From: Candidatus Wolfebacteria bacterium RIFOXYD12_FULL_48_21
GTDB taxonomy: Bacteria; Patescibacteriota; Minisyncoccia; UBA6257; UBA9933
Length of the DNA: 64,000 bases
Direction of reading: 5' to 3'
Assembly: GCA_001793945.1 (NCBI GenBank)
Contig: MGIW01000005.1
Location: 57,923 to 121,922 of the forward strand
The notes under the pieces were generated by a model. That model saw only the letters and a program-made list of their open reading frames with translations, had not been told where the DNA came from and did no database searches. The translations under genes were made by a program, and so were the position numbers. Below, one piece after another: positions 27,448 to 37,117 of the stretch; the first letter of the stretch is position 1; every line of letters starts with the position of its first letter.

Positions 27448-28686
27448 ATGAGCATGCTCGTATTGGAGGAAGATAGCTGGATCAAGCTATTTCCGGATGA
27501 AGGCCGACCGGCATTGCCGAAAGGACTGGTAAAGCCGAGAAATGGAGAAAAAACAACGAGGCAAGCAGAGCTACGGAACGGAAAGAAAGCAGTTTCTGTA
27601 TGTGCGATAGTCGCGCCGGTCGCATCAACACCCAAAGAAGAGCCGACTGGAGAGGATCTCGCGGCGATAGAACTGGATGATATGGGCGAAGACCCGGACG
27701 GGTTCGAAGAATTGAGCGAAGAAGACGGCGAAGAGCTGGAAGTAGCCAAGGTGTCTGCTTCGACCCAAGACCCGTTGCAGTATTACTTGCATGAGCTCAG
27801 GAACTATCCGTTGCTAACCCCACCGGAAGAATTCGCGCTTGCCTTAAAAAAGGAGGCAGGGTGTGCGGCGAGTAAAAAACAACTAGTCGAACGCAACTTG
27901 CGGCTCGTGATCATGATCGCCAAACGGTACCTGTATCGGGGGCTTCCATTGGAAGACCTCATACAAGAGGGAAATGCGGGGCTCATGCGTGCTGCTGAAA
28001 AATTCAGCACGAGCTTCGACTGCAAGTTCGCTACCTATGCGACATGGTGGATTCACCAGGCGATCAAAATTGCGCTGAAGAACAAGACGAGGCCCATTCG
28101 TTTGCCGGCGCATGTCGAAGAACTGTTGTCGTGGCGCATGAAAGCAACCGCTTCGCTCATAGAAAAGCTGGGCCGCAAGCCGGATACCGAGGAGATGATT
28201 GAAGAGATCACTCAACTGATCTTCAAGAACTCTTCGATATACGCTGAAGCTCGAAAGACCGCGTTCTTCACCGACATAGCGATAAAGAGGCTTCGCGCCT
28301 CTGTCCGCCGCATGGAAAGGGCATATGCGCAGACAAAAATGTATTCGCTCGATACCGAGGTAGGGGAAGATGGAACGACGATGATAGACTTTGTCGCCAG
28401 TAGCAAGCCAAACCCCGAAGATATCCTCGGCACCGAAGAAATAAACCGGAAACTGGTGGAGCCTGCGCTTGCAATCCTTACGGAACAACAGCGACACATC
28501 ATGCGTCAGCGGTTCGGGTTCGACGGCGAAGAAAAAACGCTCGAAGAACTCGGCGAGGTTTATGGAGTGACACGGGAACGTATCCGACAGATCGAGTTGA
28601 TAGCGATGAGGCGGCTGTGCCTCTATTTCCAGAGGGAAAAGCGGATAGGAATGGAGGCAATGGAAGCAATGCAGGGTGCGCGGTAG
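27448..28686 (+). CDS. RNA polymerase sigma factor, RpoD/SigA family (regions 1.2-4)
   Basis: Acidic N-terminus. DPLQYYLHEL (region 1.2). LVERNLRLVIMIAKRY...GLMRAAEKF (region 2). Region 4 HTH LEELGEVYGVTRERIRQIE. Strong SD. Confidence 0.8.
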   Translation: MSMLVLEEDSWIKLFPDEGRPALPKGLVKPRNGEKTTRQAELRNGKKAVSVCAIVAPVASTPKEEPTGEDLAAIELDDMGEDPDGFEELSEEDGEELEVAKVSASTQDPLQYYLHELRNYPLLTPPEEFALALKKEAGCAASKKQLVERNLRLVIMIAKRYLYRGLPLEDLIQEGNAGLMRAAEKFSTSFDCKFATYATWWIHQAIKIALKNKTRPIRLPAHVEELLSWRMKATASLIEKLGRKPDTEEMIEEITQLIFKNSSIYAEARKTAFFTDIAIKRLRASVRRMERAYAQTKMYSLDTEVGEDGTTMIDFVASSKPNPEDILGTEEINRKLVEPALAILTEQQRHIMRQRFGFDGEEKTLEELGEVYGVTRERIRQIELIAMRRLCLYFQREKRIGMEAMEAMQGAR

Positions 28687-28741
28687 CGCACCCTGTTTTT
28701 TTATTCCCCTTGGGTCTCGGAGTGTGTATAATGGAGGAGAT

Positions 28742-30004
28742 ATGAAAAAATTGACACTGGACAACGGATTGCGATTAGTATTGGTGCCGCGGGAGGCAAG
28801 CTTGGCGACCACGGTGCTGGTACTGGTGGAAACGGGCTCGAAATATGAAACAAAGGATATTAGCGGCATATCGCATTTCTTAGAGCACATGTGCTTTAAG
28901 GGCACGGAAAAGCGACCGACGGCGTTTGCCATAGCAAGCGAACTCGACGGCATCGGCGCGTCGTACAACGCATTTACAAGTCAGGAATACACGGGTTATT
29001 ACGCCAAGGCGCGCCCCAAACACTTTGGGCAGATATTGGATGTGGTGTCCGATATTTATTTGAATCAAAAATTTGATACGGCGGAGATCGACAAGGAGCG
29101 GGGCGTAATTATCGAAGAGATCAATATGTACGAAGACCTGCCTATGCGCAAGGTGCAGGATGTGTTCATGGCGCTGATGTATGGCGATCAGCCGGCCGGG
29201 TGGCCTATAGCGGGCCACAAGGATGTGGTAAGTAAGATAACGCGGGAAGACTTCGTTGAATATCATAAAAAGCATTATGTTGCTGAAGCGACTATCGTGG
29301 TCATTGCAGGAGCGTTCGACGAACAGGAAGCGCTCGACGGCGTAAAAAAATATTTCGCAAACATTACAACGGGAACAAAAGGGGCGAAGGTAAAAACGAG
29401 CGAATCGCAAAGCACGCCGCAAATCGCGTTAGCGAACAAGAAAACCGACCAAACACATTTGGTCATGGGTGTGCGCGCGTTTGACCTGTTCGACGAACGG
29501 AAATACGCGCTTGAACTGCTTGCCGATATTCTCGGCGGCGGCATGAGTTCGCGCCTGTTCCAGAAGGTGCGCGAAGAAATGGGCGCCGCCTATTACATCG
29601 GCGCAGGCGCAGACCTTTCGACCGATCACGGCTATATGGATATATCCGCGGGCATCGATCATAAAAAGATCGACGATGTACTCGCGGCGATCGTGAGTGA
29701 GTTGAAGCGCATGGCCGCGGAACCGGTCGCGCCCGAAGAACTGACGCGCGCCAAGGAACACTTGATCGGCGGGCTAGTGCTGGGGCTGGAAACATCAAAC
29801 CAATGGGCAGGGTTTTATGGTTCGCAGGAGGCATTGGAGAAAAAAATGATGAGCCCCGAGGAGTTGATCAAAAAAACGCAGGAAGTAACAGCGGAACAAA
29901 TACAGGCCGTCGCACAGGATATTATAAAAAACGAAGGCCTAAACCTTGCCATCATCGGCCCATTCAAAGACAAGGAGAGGTTTGAAAAATTACTGACATT
30001 CTGA
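28742..30004 (+). CDS. M16 family (pitrilysin/insulinase-like) zinc peptidase
   Basis: Inverted zinc motif HFLEHMCFKGT (HxxEH). A start at the ATG at 28742 (MKKLTLDNGLRL), which has an SD, is preferred. Confidence 0.75.
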   Translation: MKKLTLDNGLRLVLVPREASLATTVLVLVETGSKYETKDISGISHFLEHMCFKGTEKRPTAFAIASELDGIGASYNAFTSQEYTGYYAKARPKHFGQILDVVSDIYLNQKFDTAEIDKERGVIIEEINMYEDLPMRKVQDVFMALMYGDQPAGWPIAGHKDVVSKITREDFVEYHKKHYVAEATIVVIAGAFDEQEALDGVKKYFANITTGTKGAKVKTSESQSTPQIALANKKTDQTHLVMGVRAFDLFDERKYALELLADILGGGMSSRLFQKVREEMGAAYYIGAGADLSTDHGYMDISAGIDHKKIDDVLAAIVSELKRMAAEPVAPEELTRAKEHLIGGLVLGLETSNQWAGFYGSQEALEKKMMSPEELIKKTQEVTAEQIQAVAQDIIKNEGLNLAIIGPFKDKERFEKLLTF

Positions 30005-30101
30005 TTAGGTTGTCATTCCCGCACTTTTGCATTGTCATTCCCGTGAAAACGGGAATACAGCATCCCCATGCTACATACTACATACTACACGCTACGCTAA
30101 T

Positions 30102-30845
30102 ATGAAAGTCATTCCAACAATTAACTGCACCGCATTCGCCTGTGTAAAAAAGCGCATAGAAGAAGCGCAAACTTTTTTGCCCAAATCCGCCAGTGGGCGG
30201 AGGTGGCTGCAAATAGATGTGAGTGACGGCAAGTTTAGTGAGTTTGTGTCATCCCCGCCCTCCTCTCTGTCATCCCGGCGAAAGCCGGGATCCACTACTA
30301 ATACCCGCGGAGCGCACGATAGCAGTCCAAAAAGCTGGAACAACCCCGAAAAGCTGGCGGCGTGGCTGAAAGAAAAAAAGATAACCGACATCAATTTTGA
30401 AATACACCTTATGGTAGTAGACCCGAAGCCGTGGGTCATGCGGTGGTTCGAGGCGGGCGCAAAGCGCGTCATCGTGCATGTCGAGGCAATCACCCCGCAG
30501 GACATTCTGTTTTTAAAAGGGTTTGGAAAGGGAAAGGTGGGTATTGCACTGGTTCCGGCAACGCCGCTCAAAAAAGCGGAAAAATATTTGGAGCATTTTC
30601 CATTTGTGCAGCTACTCGCAGTGAAGCCGGGCTATTCGGGACAAAGGTTCGATAGGAAGGTGCTCGAAAAGATCGTGTTTCTGAAAGCGCTCCACCCCGA
30701 TAGTATCGTAGAAATAGACGGGGGAGTGAACGCGACCACCGCACCGGCGATCAAAGACGCGGGCGCCGACATCATCGTTTCCGGTTCGTATATCTTCGAA
30801 GCCAAAGACAAAAAAGCAGCGTACAAGGAATTGAAGAAGATTTAA
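30102..30845 (+). CDS. Ribulose-phosphate 3-epimerase family protein (divergent), carrying an in-frame repeat-element insertion
   Basis: IPTI...IDVSDGKF, HLMVVDP and IDGGVN...SGSYIF align with RPE motifs. The catalytic His in DxxDGHF is replaced by Lys. The segment 30247-30300 is a copy of the palindromic repeat. Confidence 0.5.
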   Translation: MKVIPTINCTAFACVKKRIEEAQTFLPKSASGRRWLQIDVSDGKFSEFVSSPPSSLSSRRKPGSTTNTRGAHDSSPKSWNNPEKLAAWLKEKKITDINFEIHLMVVDPKPWVMRWFEAGAKRVIVHVEAITPQDILFLKGFGKGKVGIALVPATPLKKAEKYLEHFPFVQLLAVKPGYSGQRFDRKVLEKIVFLKALHPDSIVEIDGGVNATTAPAIKDAGADIIVSGSYIFEAKDKKAAYKELKKI

Positions 30846-31073
30846 CGCAAATTGCTCGCCCCGTGGTCCGCCATGGGCGGACTTTACGGGGTCATTTCTG
30901 ACGCGGGTCCCGGCTTTTGCCGGGATAAACTCCAGCAGGAATCCAGTATTCCGTTATCGGTTATCGGTTATAGGTCATGAGTTGTCCCCCATATTGTCAT
31001 TCCCGTGAAAACGGGAATCCAGTATTCTACGCAATTATGTTAAATAGGTGCATAATATAAAAATAAAAAGTAT

Positions 31074-31328
31074 ATGGCAGGTAATAAGATTGATTTTATA
31101 AAACGCTATAAGGAGCTGGTAGAGAAAGTAGAAAAAGGAGAAATAGCTATCGGAGATGCATGTTACGAAATAGGAAGAGGCATGGCGGTAAGGACATTGA
31201 GGATCGATCCGAAACTGGAAGGAATCATGAGAGAAGCTGAGGAGTTTGAGTCGTCTCCCAAAGAAACCCAAGGGAGCAGAGAGGAACGATGGGCTAAGTT
31301 AAAAAACAAGATCGAAAGTTTGCGATAA
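31074..31328 (+). CDS. Hypothetical small protein, translationally coupled to recQ
   Basis: 84-aa ORF. Its stop lies 3 nt before the recQ start. Confidence 0.35.
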   Translation: MAGNKIDFIKRYKELVEKVEKGEIAIGDACYEIGRGMAVRTLRIDPKLEGIMREAEEFESSPKETQGSREERWAKLKNKIESLR

Positions 31329-31331
31329 GCC

Positions 31332-32849
31332 ATGAAAACCCTCCTTAAAAAACATTTTGGATATGAGGAATTCAGGCCGCTGCAGGAAGAGATCATCAAG
31401 AGGGTATTGACCGGGAAAGACTGCGTCGTATTGATGCCGACGGGAGGAGGAAAATCCCTGTGCTTCCAGCTCCCGGCGCTTATCTTGGAAGGTGCGGTGA
31501 TCGTTATTTCGCCTCTTATTTCGTTGATGAAAGATCAAGTGGATGCGCTGTGCGCAAACGGCATTGCGGCGGGCCTGATCAACAGCACGCTTTCTCAAAG
31601 TGAGATTACGGATGTCATGGAGCAAGTAAGAGAAGGGGCGATAAAGATCCTCTACATAGCTCCGGAACGATTTGCCGTGCCGGGATTTGAGAGTTTTTTG
31701 CATGCACTGAACATAGGGTTGATTGCCGTCGACGAGGCGCATTGCATCTCCGAATGGGGGCATGACTTTAGGCCGGATTATAGAAACTTAAGATCGTTAC
31801 GGAGCAAATTCCCGACGGTTCCGATCATCGCACTTACCGCCACCGCAACCGAAAAAGTGCGCGAAGATATCGTTAAGCAGCTCAATATAGAAGATGCAAA
31901 AGTTTTTATTTCCAGTTTTAACCGGCCTAATTTAAGTTACGAGGTATTGCCCAAAAAGGATTCGATTAAGACGGTCATATCATTACTGAGTAGCTATAAA
32001 GACGAAAGTAGTATCATCTATTGTTTTTCGCGCAATGATACGGAAAAGTTGGTCACCGAATTGAAGAAGTATGGATTCAAGGCTGCGGCGTATCATGCGG
32101 GGTTAAATCAAAAAACAAGAAAAGAAAATCAGGAAAAATTTATCCGTGACGAGATTGACATCATGGTCGCTACTATTGCATTCGGCATGGGGATCGATAA
32201 GCCCGATGTGCGACTGGTCATTCATCACGGTTTGCCGAAATCGATAGAGGGATATTATCAGGAAACCGGACGGGCCGGGCGCGACGGACTGCCTGCCCGG
32301 TGCGTACTCCTTTTTTCGTATGCCGACAAATTCAAACATGACTATTTTATTCGCGCCGTCACAGATAAGATAGAGCGGGAAAAAGCAGAACAAAAGCTCG
32401 AGAGCGTCCTGACATACGGGACTCTTTTTGGATGCCGACGCCGGTTTTTATTGCGTTACTTCGACGAAGGATATGATAAAAAAAATTGCGGGAATTGTGA
32501 TGGATGCGTCAAGCAAGCTCCGCTCGAAATACACGCGATGCCACTTAGGGCGGTAAAGCAGAAAGTTGCGAGTGCATCCGTTTCGGGGAGTGCTCGCGGT
32601 AGCGCTCTATTTGAAGAGTTAAGGGCTATAAGAACACAAGAAGCACAACGATTGAGCGTACCGCCATACATTATCTTCGGAGACAAAACACTGAAAGAGA
32701 TGGTAGCACATCTCCCGCAGACTCCAGCCGAGTTCTTGGAAATAAACGGAGTAGGCGACCAAAAACTCGCCAAGTTCGGAGAACTATTTATGGGTGCTAT
32801 TCGGCGGTATGAGGAAGTAAATAATAAGGCTTCCGAAAGGGATTGCTGA
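31332..32849 (+). CDS. recQ: ATP-dependent DNA helicase RecQ
   Basis: Walker A in the context LMPTGGGKSLC. DEAHCISEWGHDFRPDY. Zinc-binding CRRRFLLRYFDEGYDKKNCGNCDGC. C-terminal HRDC domain. Confidence 0.9.
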   Translation: MKTLLKKHFGYEEFRPLQEEIIKRVLTGKDCVVLMPTGGGKSLCFQLPALILEGAVIVISPLISLMKDQVDALCANGIAAGLINSTLSQSEITDVMEQVREGAIKILYIAPERFAVPGFESFLHALNIGLIAVDEAHCISEWGHDFRPDYRNLRSLRSKFPTVPIIALTATATEKVREDIVKQLNIEDAKVFISSFNRPNLSYEVLPKKDSIKTVISLLSSYKDESSIIYCFSRNDTEKLVTELKKYGFKAAAYHAGLNQKTRKENQEKFIRDEIDIMVATIAFGMGIDKPDVRLVIHHGLPKSIEGYYQETGRAGRDGLPARCVLLFSYADKFKHDYFIRAVTDKIEREKAEQKLESVLTYGTLFGCRRRFLLRYFDEGYDKKNCGNCDGCVKQAPLEIHAMPLRAVKQKVASASVSGSARGSALFEELRAIRTQEAQRLSVPPYIIFGDKTLKEMVAHLPQTPAEFLEINGVGDQKLAKFGELFMGAIRRYEEVNNKASERDC

Positions 32850-32875
32850 TAATAAGACTGGCATCGCGTAAAAGC

Positions 32876-33013
32876 GTGTCATCCCGTTGAAAAACGGGAT
32901 CCAGAGCCATTCCCCGCATTGTAATTCCCGCGAGTGAGGGCCTGTCCTCGACTTGATCGGGGACGGGAATCCAGTGTCCCTCGCATTGTCATTCCGGCCT
33001 CCGAGCCGGAATC
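32876..33013. repeat. Cluster of three palindromic repeat units
   Basis: gtgtcatcccgttgaaaaacgggatccag...ttgtaattcccgcgagtgagggcctgtcctcgacttgatcggggacgggaatccagt...ttgtcattccggcctccgagccggaatc. Confidence 0.8.
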
Positions 33014-33123
33014 TGCTAGTCATTTGGTGTCGTTTGGTTGCCAAATTCAACCTTTTCTCTTACAATACGGAGGTGTTTTGAGCCTATGTCATCAGTTATT
33101 GGTTATTGGTTGTAGGTTAATTT

Positions 33124-33212
33124 GGAGAGGTCGCATAGAGGCCTAGTGCGGCGGTTTGCTAAACCGCTATGCGGGTTAAACCGCATCGAGGGTTCGAATC
33201 CCTCCCTCTCCG
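33124..33212 (+). tRNA. tRNA-Ser (anticodon GCT), class II with long variable arm
   Basis: Acceptor GGAGAGG. 3-bp D-stem. Loop TTGCTAA. Variable arm TGCGGGTTAAACCGCA. T-arm GAGGGTTCGAATCCCTC. Discriminator G. Confidence 0.85.
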
Positions 33213-33417
33213 CAGAGACAATTTAGTATCGGATAGACCCGAGTGTCTCAAAAAGCATCTAAAGAGTGCAATTGTAGTAACGCTCTTTAAGTATCATGTA
33301 ATGGAATTTATATGAAATAGATAACCGCTTGCAAACCATATATAAGGGCGTACAATAAGTACAAGAGAAGACTTACCGCTAAGCTTTTGGAAATATTAAC
33401 TCTTAAATAGAGATTAT

Positions 33418-33855
33418 ATGCATCTATCAAATAAAAATATAATTATCATGACATTAGTATTGTCAGTTATATTAAATGCCTATCTTTTATTTTTACCAAA
33501 AAAATTGATCGTTACTAAAGAGATTGCATGGTCAACGGATAGTATGAGTGCAAGAGGTTATTTAGAGCCAGTAAATTATGAGGAGCCAAAAGATTGGAAT
33601 ACAATATTTTTTATTGATGCTTTAAATATTGGGGAGAGAGAAAAAGCAAGGTTTTTTGCAAAAGAGATTGTTGTTGCAGGCGGAGTTTTAATCAATCTTA
33701 ATCTTAAAGAATATCCTATAGTAGAAGCTAATGAGGGAAAAATCGTTGCCCAAGATAATACTTATAGGTTTGAGATTACAAAAGATGAAGTGTCTATTAC
33801 AGACAAAGATGGGGAGGTGGCGAGGTTAAGCGATATGTATAAAATTGAATTATAA
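33418..33855 (+). CDS. Hypothetical membrane-anchored protein (AT-rich island gene A)
   Basis: 145-aa ORF with an N-terminal TM helix. GC is markedly lower than the flanks. Confidence 0.35.
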   Translation: MHLSNKNIIIMTLVLSVILNAYLLFLPKKLIVTKEIAWSTDSMSARGYLEPVNYEEPKDWNTIFFIDALNIGEREKARFFAKEIVVAGGVLINLNLKEYPIVEANEGKIVAQDNTYRFEITKDEVSITDKDGEVARLSDMYKIEL

Positions 33856-33961
33856 ATATTGAAAAAATAAAAACTATGTTTTATCGGAATTGTAATACTC
33901 TAAAATAGAAGTTCTTATCCCTTATGGGTATTACTATTAGAAATAACTTTAGAAGTAAAAT

Positions 33962-34270
33962 ATGAAGAATTATTTTGGGAAAAATAGGAAACTGATTTTT
34001 GCAATATTAATCGCTACAGTTCTATGGTCTGTCGGAAATTTTTATTTAAGAAGCAAATTCCATTCTGGCGAATGTGTGCGGGCACTTGATGGATACACTT
34101 GGCATATAAACAATTATAGGTTTGGAAAATATTTTTTGATGGGATGGCAGGGTAATGCATGGGGCAATGAAGTGAAAATGGACAAAGACATTCTCGAAAG
34201 GGAAGATATTTCCGGAATAATAGCTTATCATCAAGTTGTTTGTCCCGAGTATAATCCAAATAATAATTAA
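33962..34270 (+). CDS. Hypothetical membrane-anchored protein (AT-rich island gene B)
   Basis: 102-aa ORF with an N-terminal TM helix. Confidence 0.3.
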   Translation: MKNYFGKNRKLIFAILIATVLWSVGNFYLRSKFHSGECVRALDGYTWHINNYRFGKYFLMGWQGNAWGNEVKMDKDILEREDISGIIAYHQVVCPEYNPNNN

Positions 34271-34373
34271 AGATAGTATTTAATTATGTGAACGGGAAAA
34301 AATAAAATTATGGAAATCATCTTTGCGATAATAGTTGGCTGGTATATTTCTGAAAAATTGATTAATAAATGAA

Positions 34374-35012
34374 GTGAATATAAAAGACATAAAAAAATCT
34401 ATTTACCAAAAAAGAGCAGAAGATCCTGCGGTGTGGGCTCTCGCTGGTTTTAGAAATGAAGAAATAGGTAAGTTTTTCCTAAGAAAATATCGCTCATACT
34501 ATTGGCGATTAGAACAAGAACACTTAGAATTGGCATCGGGGGATCTTCTAAAGAAGAAAAGGAGATTCAATCACCGAGATGGGGATTTACATCGATATGT
34601 ACTGATGTTTTTCGGCTATGCTATCGAAAATTATCTTAAAGGCATTTTAATTAAAAGAGGCTGTAGTCCTATAGAGACTGATGCTAAAAGTAAGCTTCGC
34701 TTGGTTGCGTCCATATCAAATCACAAGCTCGTAGATTATTTTAATAATGTTTTCAGTACTACGCCGGATAAAATAGTGGAAGAAGCACTTAAAAATTTGC
34801 AGAGAGCTATTGAGTCTGGCAAATACGGAGTACCAAAATACGAAGATCAATATTATTCTTTTACCGCAAACTTTGATCAGACAATCATTATTGCAAAAGG
34901 ATTAATAAAGAAAATTAAAAAAATATTAAGCCCCAACCCAACCACCCCAAATCCACCACCGCTAAAACCTCAAAAAATCCTTATACTGATTGCAGGTTTG
35001 GGGGTACTATAA
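34374..35012 (+). CDS. Hypothetical protein with a C-terminal Pro-rich linker and TM anchor (island gene C); GTG start
   Basis: Contains RDGDLH (an Rx4H, HEPN-like spacing; speculative). Ends PNPTTPNPPPLKPQKILILIAGLGVL. The start codon sits 1 nt after the stop of a 20-aa TM mini-ORF at 34310-34372. Confidence 0.3.
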   Translation: MNIKDIKKSIYQKRAEDPAVWALAGFRNEEIGKFFLRKYRSYYWRLEQEHLELASGDLLKKKRRFNHRDGDLHRYVLMFFGYAIENYLKGILIKRGCSPIETDAKSKLRLVASISNHKLVDYFNNVFSTTPDKIVEEALKNLQRAIESGKYGVPKYEDQYYSFTANFDQTIIIAKGLIKKIKKILSPNPTTPNPPPLKPQKILILIAGLGVL

Positions 35013-35033
35013 AAGAATCCGAATACTAATCAA

Positions 35034-35120
35034 ATGGAAAAAGATTTCAACAGGTGGAATGAACACAAGAAGCGAGTAGAGGGCGTAGATCAGAAATTTC
35101 TTTTTAAACAAGGAGAGTGA
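35034..35120 (+). pseudogene. Truncated paralogous fragment of the N-terminus of the downstream MazF/PemK-like gene
   Basis: MEKDFNRWNEHKKRVEGVDQKFLFKQGE* parallels MLKDFFKWHSEKEKIHNRESGVYFYERE at 35349 and ends at an in-frame stop. Confidence 0.45.
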
Positions 35121-35348
35121 AAGAAAAACTCGAGACATTGCTCGAGCTTTTCCTAAAATTATCACCAGAGCCGAAGCTCTGGATCGGTGGGTTCCCCCAA
35201 AAGTAATTTAAGTGTAGGCCGTGCTCAGAATAAAGTCAAAACAAAATATCTACATACGAAATATCCGCTTCACACATAGTGAATATATGGCAATATATTT
35301 TTTAAAATTTGTACTGGATTAGTTGGCCATGCTATCATTGTTTCAAAT

Positions 35349-35732
35349 ATGTTGAAAGACTTTTTCAAATGGCATAGCGAGAAAGAGAAAATACACAATA
35401 GAGAAAGCGGTGTATATTTTTATGAACGAGAGATTTGGTGGGCTAGTCTGGGTTTGAATATTGGATACGAAGAAGACGGTAAAAATGAAAAGTTCGAAAG
35501 ACCGATTTTGGTTTTAAAAAAATTCAATAAGTATATTTTATGGGCATTGCCGTTAACAAGCAAAAATAAGGAAAGTAAATATTACTACCCATTCGAATTT
35601 AAAGGAGAAAAATATTCGGTCATTTTATCTCAGCTAAGAATTATCAGTAGCAAGAGGTTATTAAGGAAATTAGGCCAGATGCCCGAAGATGATTTCTCTA
35701 AAATTAGAGAGTCAATAAGAAAGCTTGTATAA
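35349..35732 (+). CDS. Type II toxin-antitoxin system PemK/MazF-family endoribonuclease toxin homolog (orphan)
   Basis: Matches the EndoA/MazF pattern GVYFYEREIWWASLG...ERPILVLKKFN...ALPLTSK...SVILSQLRIISSKRL. No MazE/PemI-sized ORF immediately upstream. Confidence 0.6.
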   Translation: MLKDFFKWHSEKEKIHNRESGVYFYEREIWWASLGLNIGYEEDGKNEKFERPILVLKKFNKYILWALPLTSKNKESKYYYPFEFKGEKYSVILSQLRIISSKRLLRKLGQMPEDDFSKIRESIRKLV

Positions 35733-36101
35733 AACGAAACCCCTTCTTGCGAAGGGGTTTCTCGGAGGCCGAAGCCCATTTATAAAGATATTGTAACAAG
35801 TAGGCAGTCAAAGTCAATAGCTCAAAAATAAAGGGAATAATATATATTATGCGAGCGAGCATCGAAATACAAAAGGAGATATAAACAAAAGAGCCGCGAA
35901 GCGCGACCCTTTTTAATGACATTATTAGTATAGCAATAAGCCGACTAAAGTCAAGAAAAGAAAGTGCTTAACCATAAACTCTGGCCCGTGTCGCATAATT
36001 ACTTAAGGGGTCGGGTACCTTCATCCCAAACTCTCAGACGAGAACAAAAAAATGCGGAAAGCTCGAAGCTTTCCGCATTTGCGAAAGGGGTTGCCGCGCG
36101 G

Positions 36102-36416
36102 TTACGCGGCAGGGCGGTAGCGGAGAACCGTGGGGCTTACCCGCACCGCCGTTTTGATTTTGTGGGGTACGCACCGAACGCCCGTGCGCCTTGAGGGATG
36201 CCAATCCCGCTGGCTCAAGGGGATCATGTTCGGCCCGGCAGGGTCGGCGACCAGCTCAATGGGGACATACCCCTTTTGGGCGGGGTCCCGAAGCGGGTCG
36301 GGGGCGAAGCCGTCATCGAATTCCATGCCGAACAGTTCGTCGGCCCGCATCTCGCCACCCGTCAGTGCCGCACAGGGGCACTTCTGGTCTTTACCGCAAT
36401 AAAGTACTTTCGCCAT
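36102..36416 (-). CDS. Hypothetical protein in the GC-rich block
   Basis: Strong SD (aaggagg) 6 nt before the ATG. About 62% GC. Terminator hairpin downstream at about 36043-36075. Confidence 0.35.
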   Translation of the reverse strand: MAKVLYCGKDQKCPCAALTGGEMRADELFGMEFDDGFAPDPLRDPAQKGYVPIELVADPAGPNMIPLSQRDWHPSRRTGVRCVPHKIKTAVRVSPTVLRYRPAA

Positions 36417-36593
36417 GACTAACCTCCTTAGGGTTATTAGGGAAGTAATAAAATATACTGTTTTTAATCTATCATGTATTTATATATTTGTCAAGGGCTT
36501 CATTGACAAACCACATAGGCGATGGCATATTTATCGCAGGTGGGTCATGATGGCTCAATAAGATAACAATGCACATTAAGAAGGAGGGTGTTT

Positions 36594-37049
36594 ATGAAGT
36601 TCTTCATTCCGCTCAGTATGGTAACTGAACGAGGCGGTAATAGCGATCCTTACGCATCGCTTGCACATGGGGCAGTGTATGGACCCTACGAAAGTGACAG
36701 GGAAATGCGAAAAGCATTTGCGCGCCTTGGCGCGAGTGACAGGGATAAAAAACTTGCCCTTGTCTTTGACGGTCATATAATGCCCATTGAGCAGGAGGCA
36801 ATGGGAAAACCCGAGAGCGAGAAGAGCGAGCCCGGCAATATGGACAACTATATCGCGGATGAAGATAACATCGATAAATTCAGGTGCAAAAAATGCCACG
36901 CGGTTATCATGGGTGCGGTGGTATCGCACCCCATCCATTTGCGCAGTATGCCCGGAGCCGGTTCTGGCCAGTGCCAGCGTGAAACGGTACCCTATTGCCC
37001 GAACTGCGAAACGAAGCCTGACCCCCATGGCGCTCCCGTCTACAAATAA
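36594..37049 (+). CDS. Hypothetical protein with a C-terminal Cys-rich zinc-ribbon-like region (GC-rich block)
   Basis: SD aaggaggg 7 nt upstream. FRCKKCH...CQRETVPYCPNCE. Terminator at 37081-37117. Confidence 0.35.
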   Translation: MKFFIPLSMVTERGGNSDPYASLAHGAVYGPYESDREMRKAFARLGASDRDKKLALVFDGHIMPIEQEAMGKPESEKSEPGNMDNYIADEDNIDKFRCKKCHAVIMGAVVSHPIHLRSMPGAGSGQCQRETVPYCPNCETKPDPHGAPVYK

Positions 37050-37080
37050 TGGGTGGGAGGTAGCTCCTCTGGTATATAAG

Positions 37081-37117
37081 CCCGTCGCGTCTTCGGACCG
37101 CTGACGGGCTTTTTTTG
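37081..37117 (+). terminator. Rho-independent terminator closing the GC-rich block
   Basis: cccgtcgcgtcttcggaccgctgacgggcttttttt. Confidence 0.65.

Noticed and set aside
30027-30101. 5' extension of the rpe-like ORF (track start 30027), and similarly 17318-17392, 19704-19814, 21986-22309, 28676-28741, 47904-47957, 50063-50146 and 52426-52836.
   Set aside because: These extensions run through repeat elements, terminators or the 3' end of the preceding gene, and lack an RBS. Internal ATGs with Shine-Dalgarno sequences or signal peptides give the conserved N-termini.
35964-36194. 76-aa plus-strand ORF in the transition between AT-rich and GC-rich blocks.
   Set aside because: It spans a terminator hairpin and the 3' end of the convergent minus-strand gene, and has no RBS. 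Judged noncoding.
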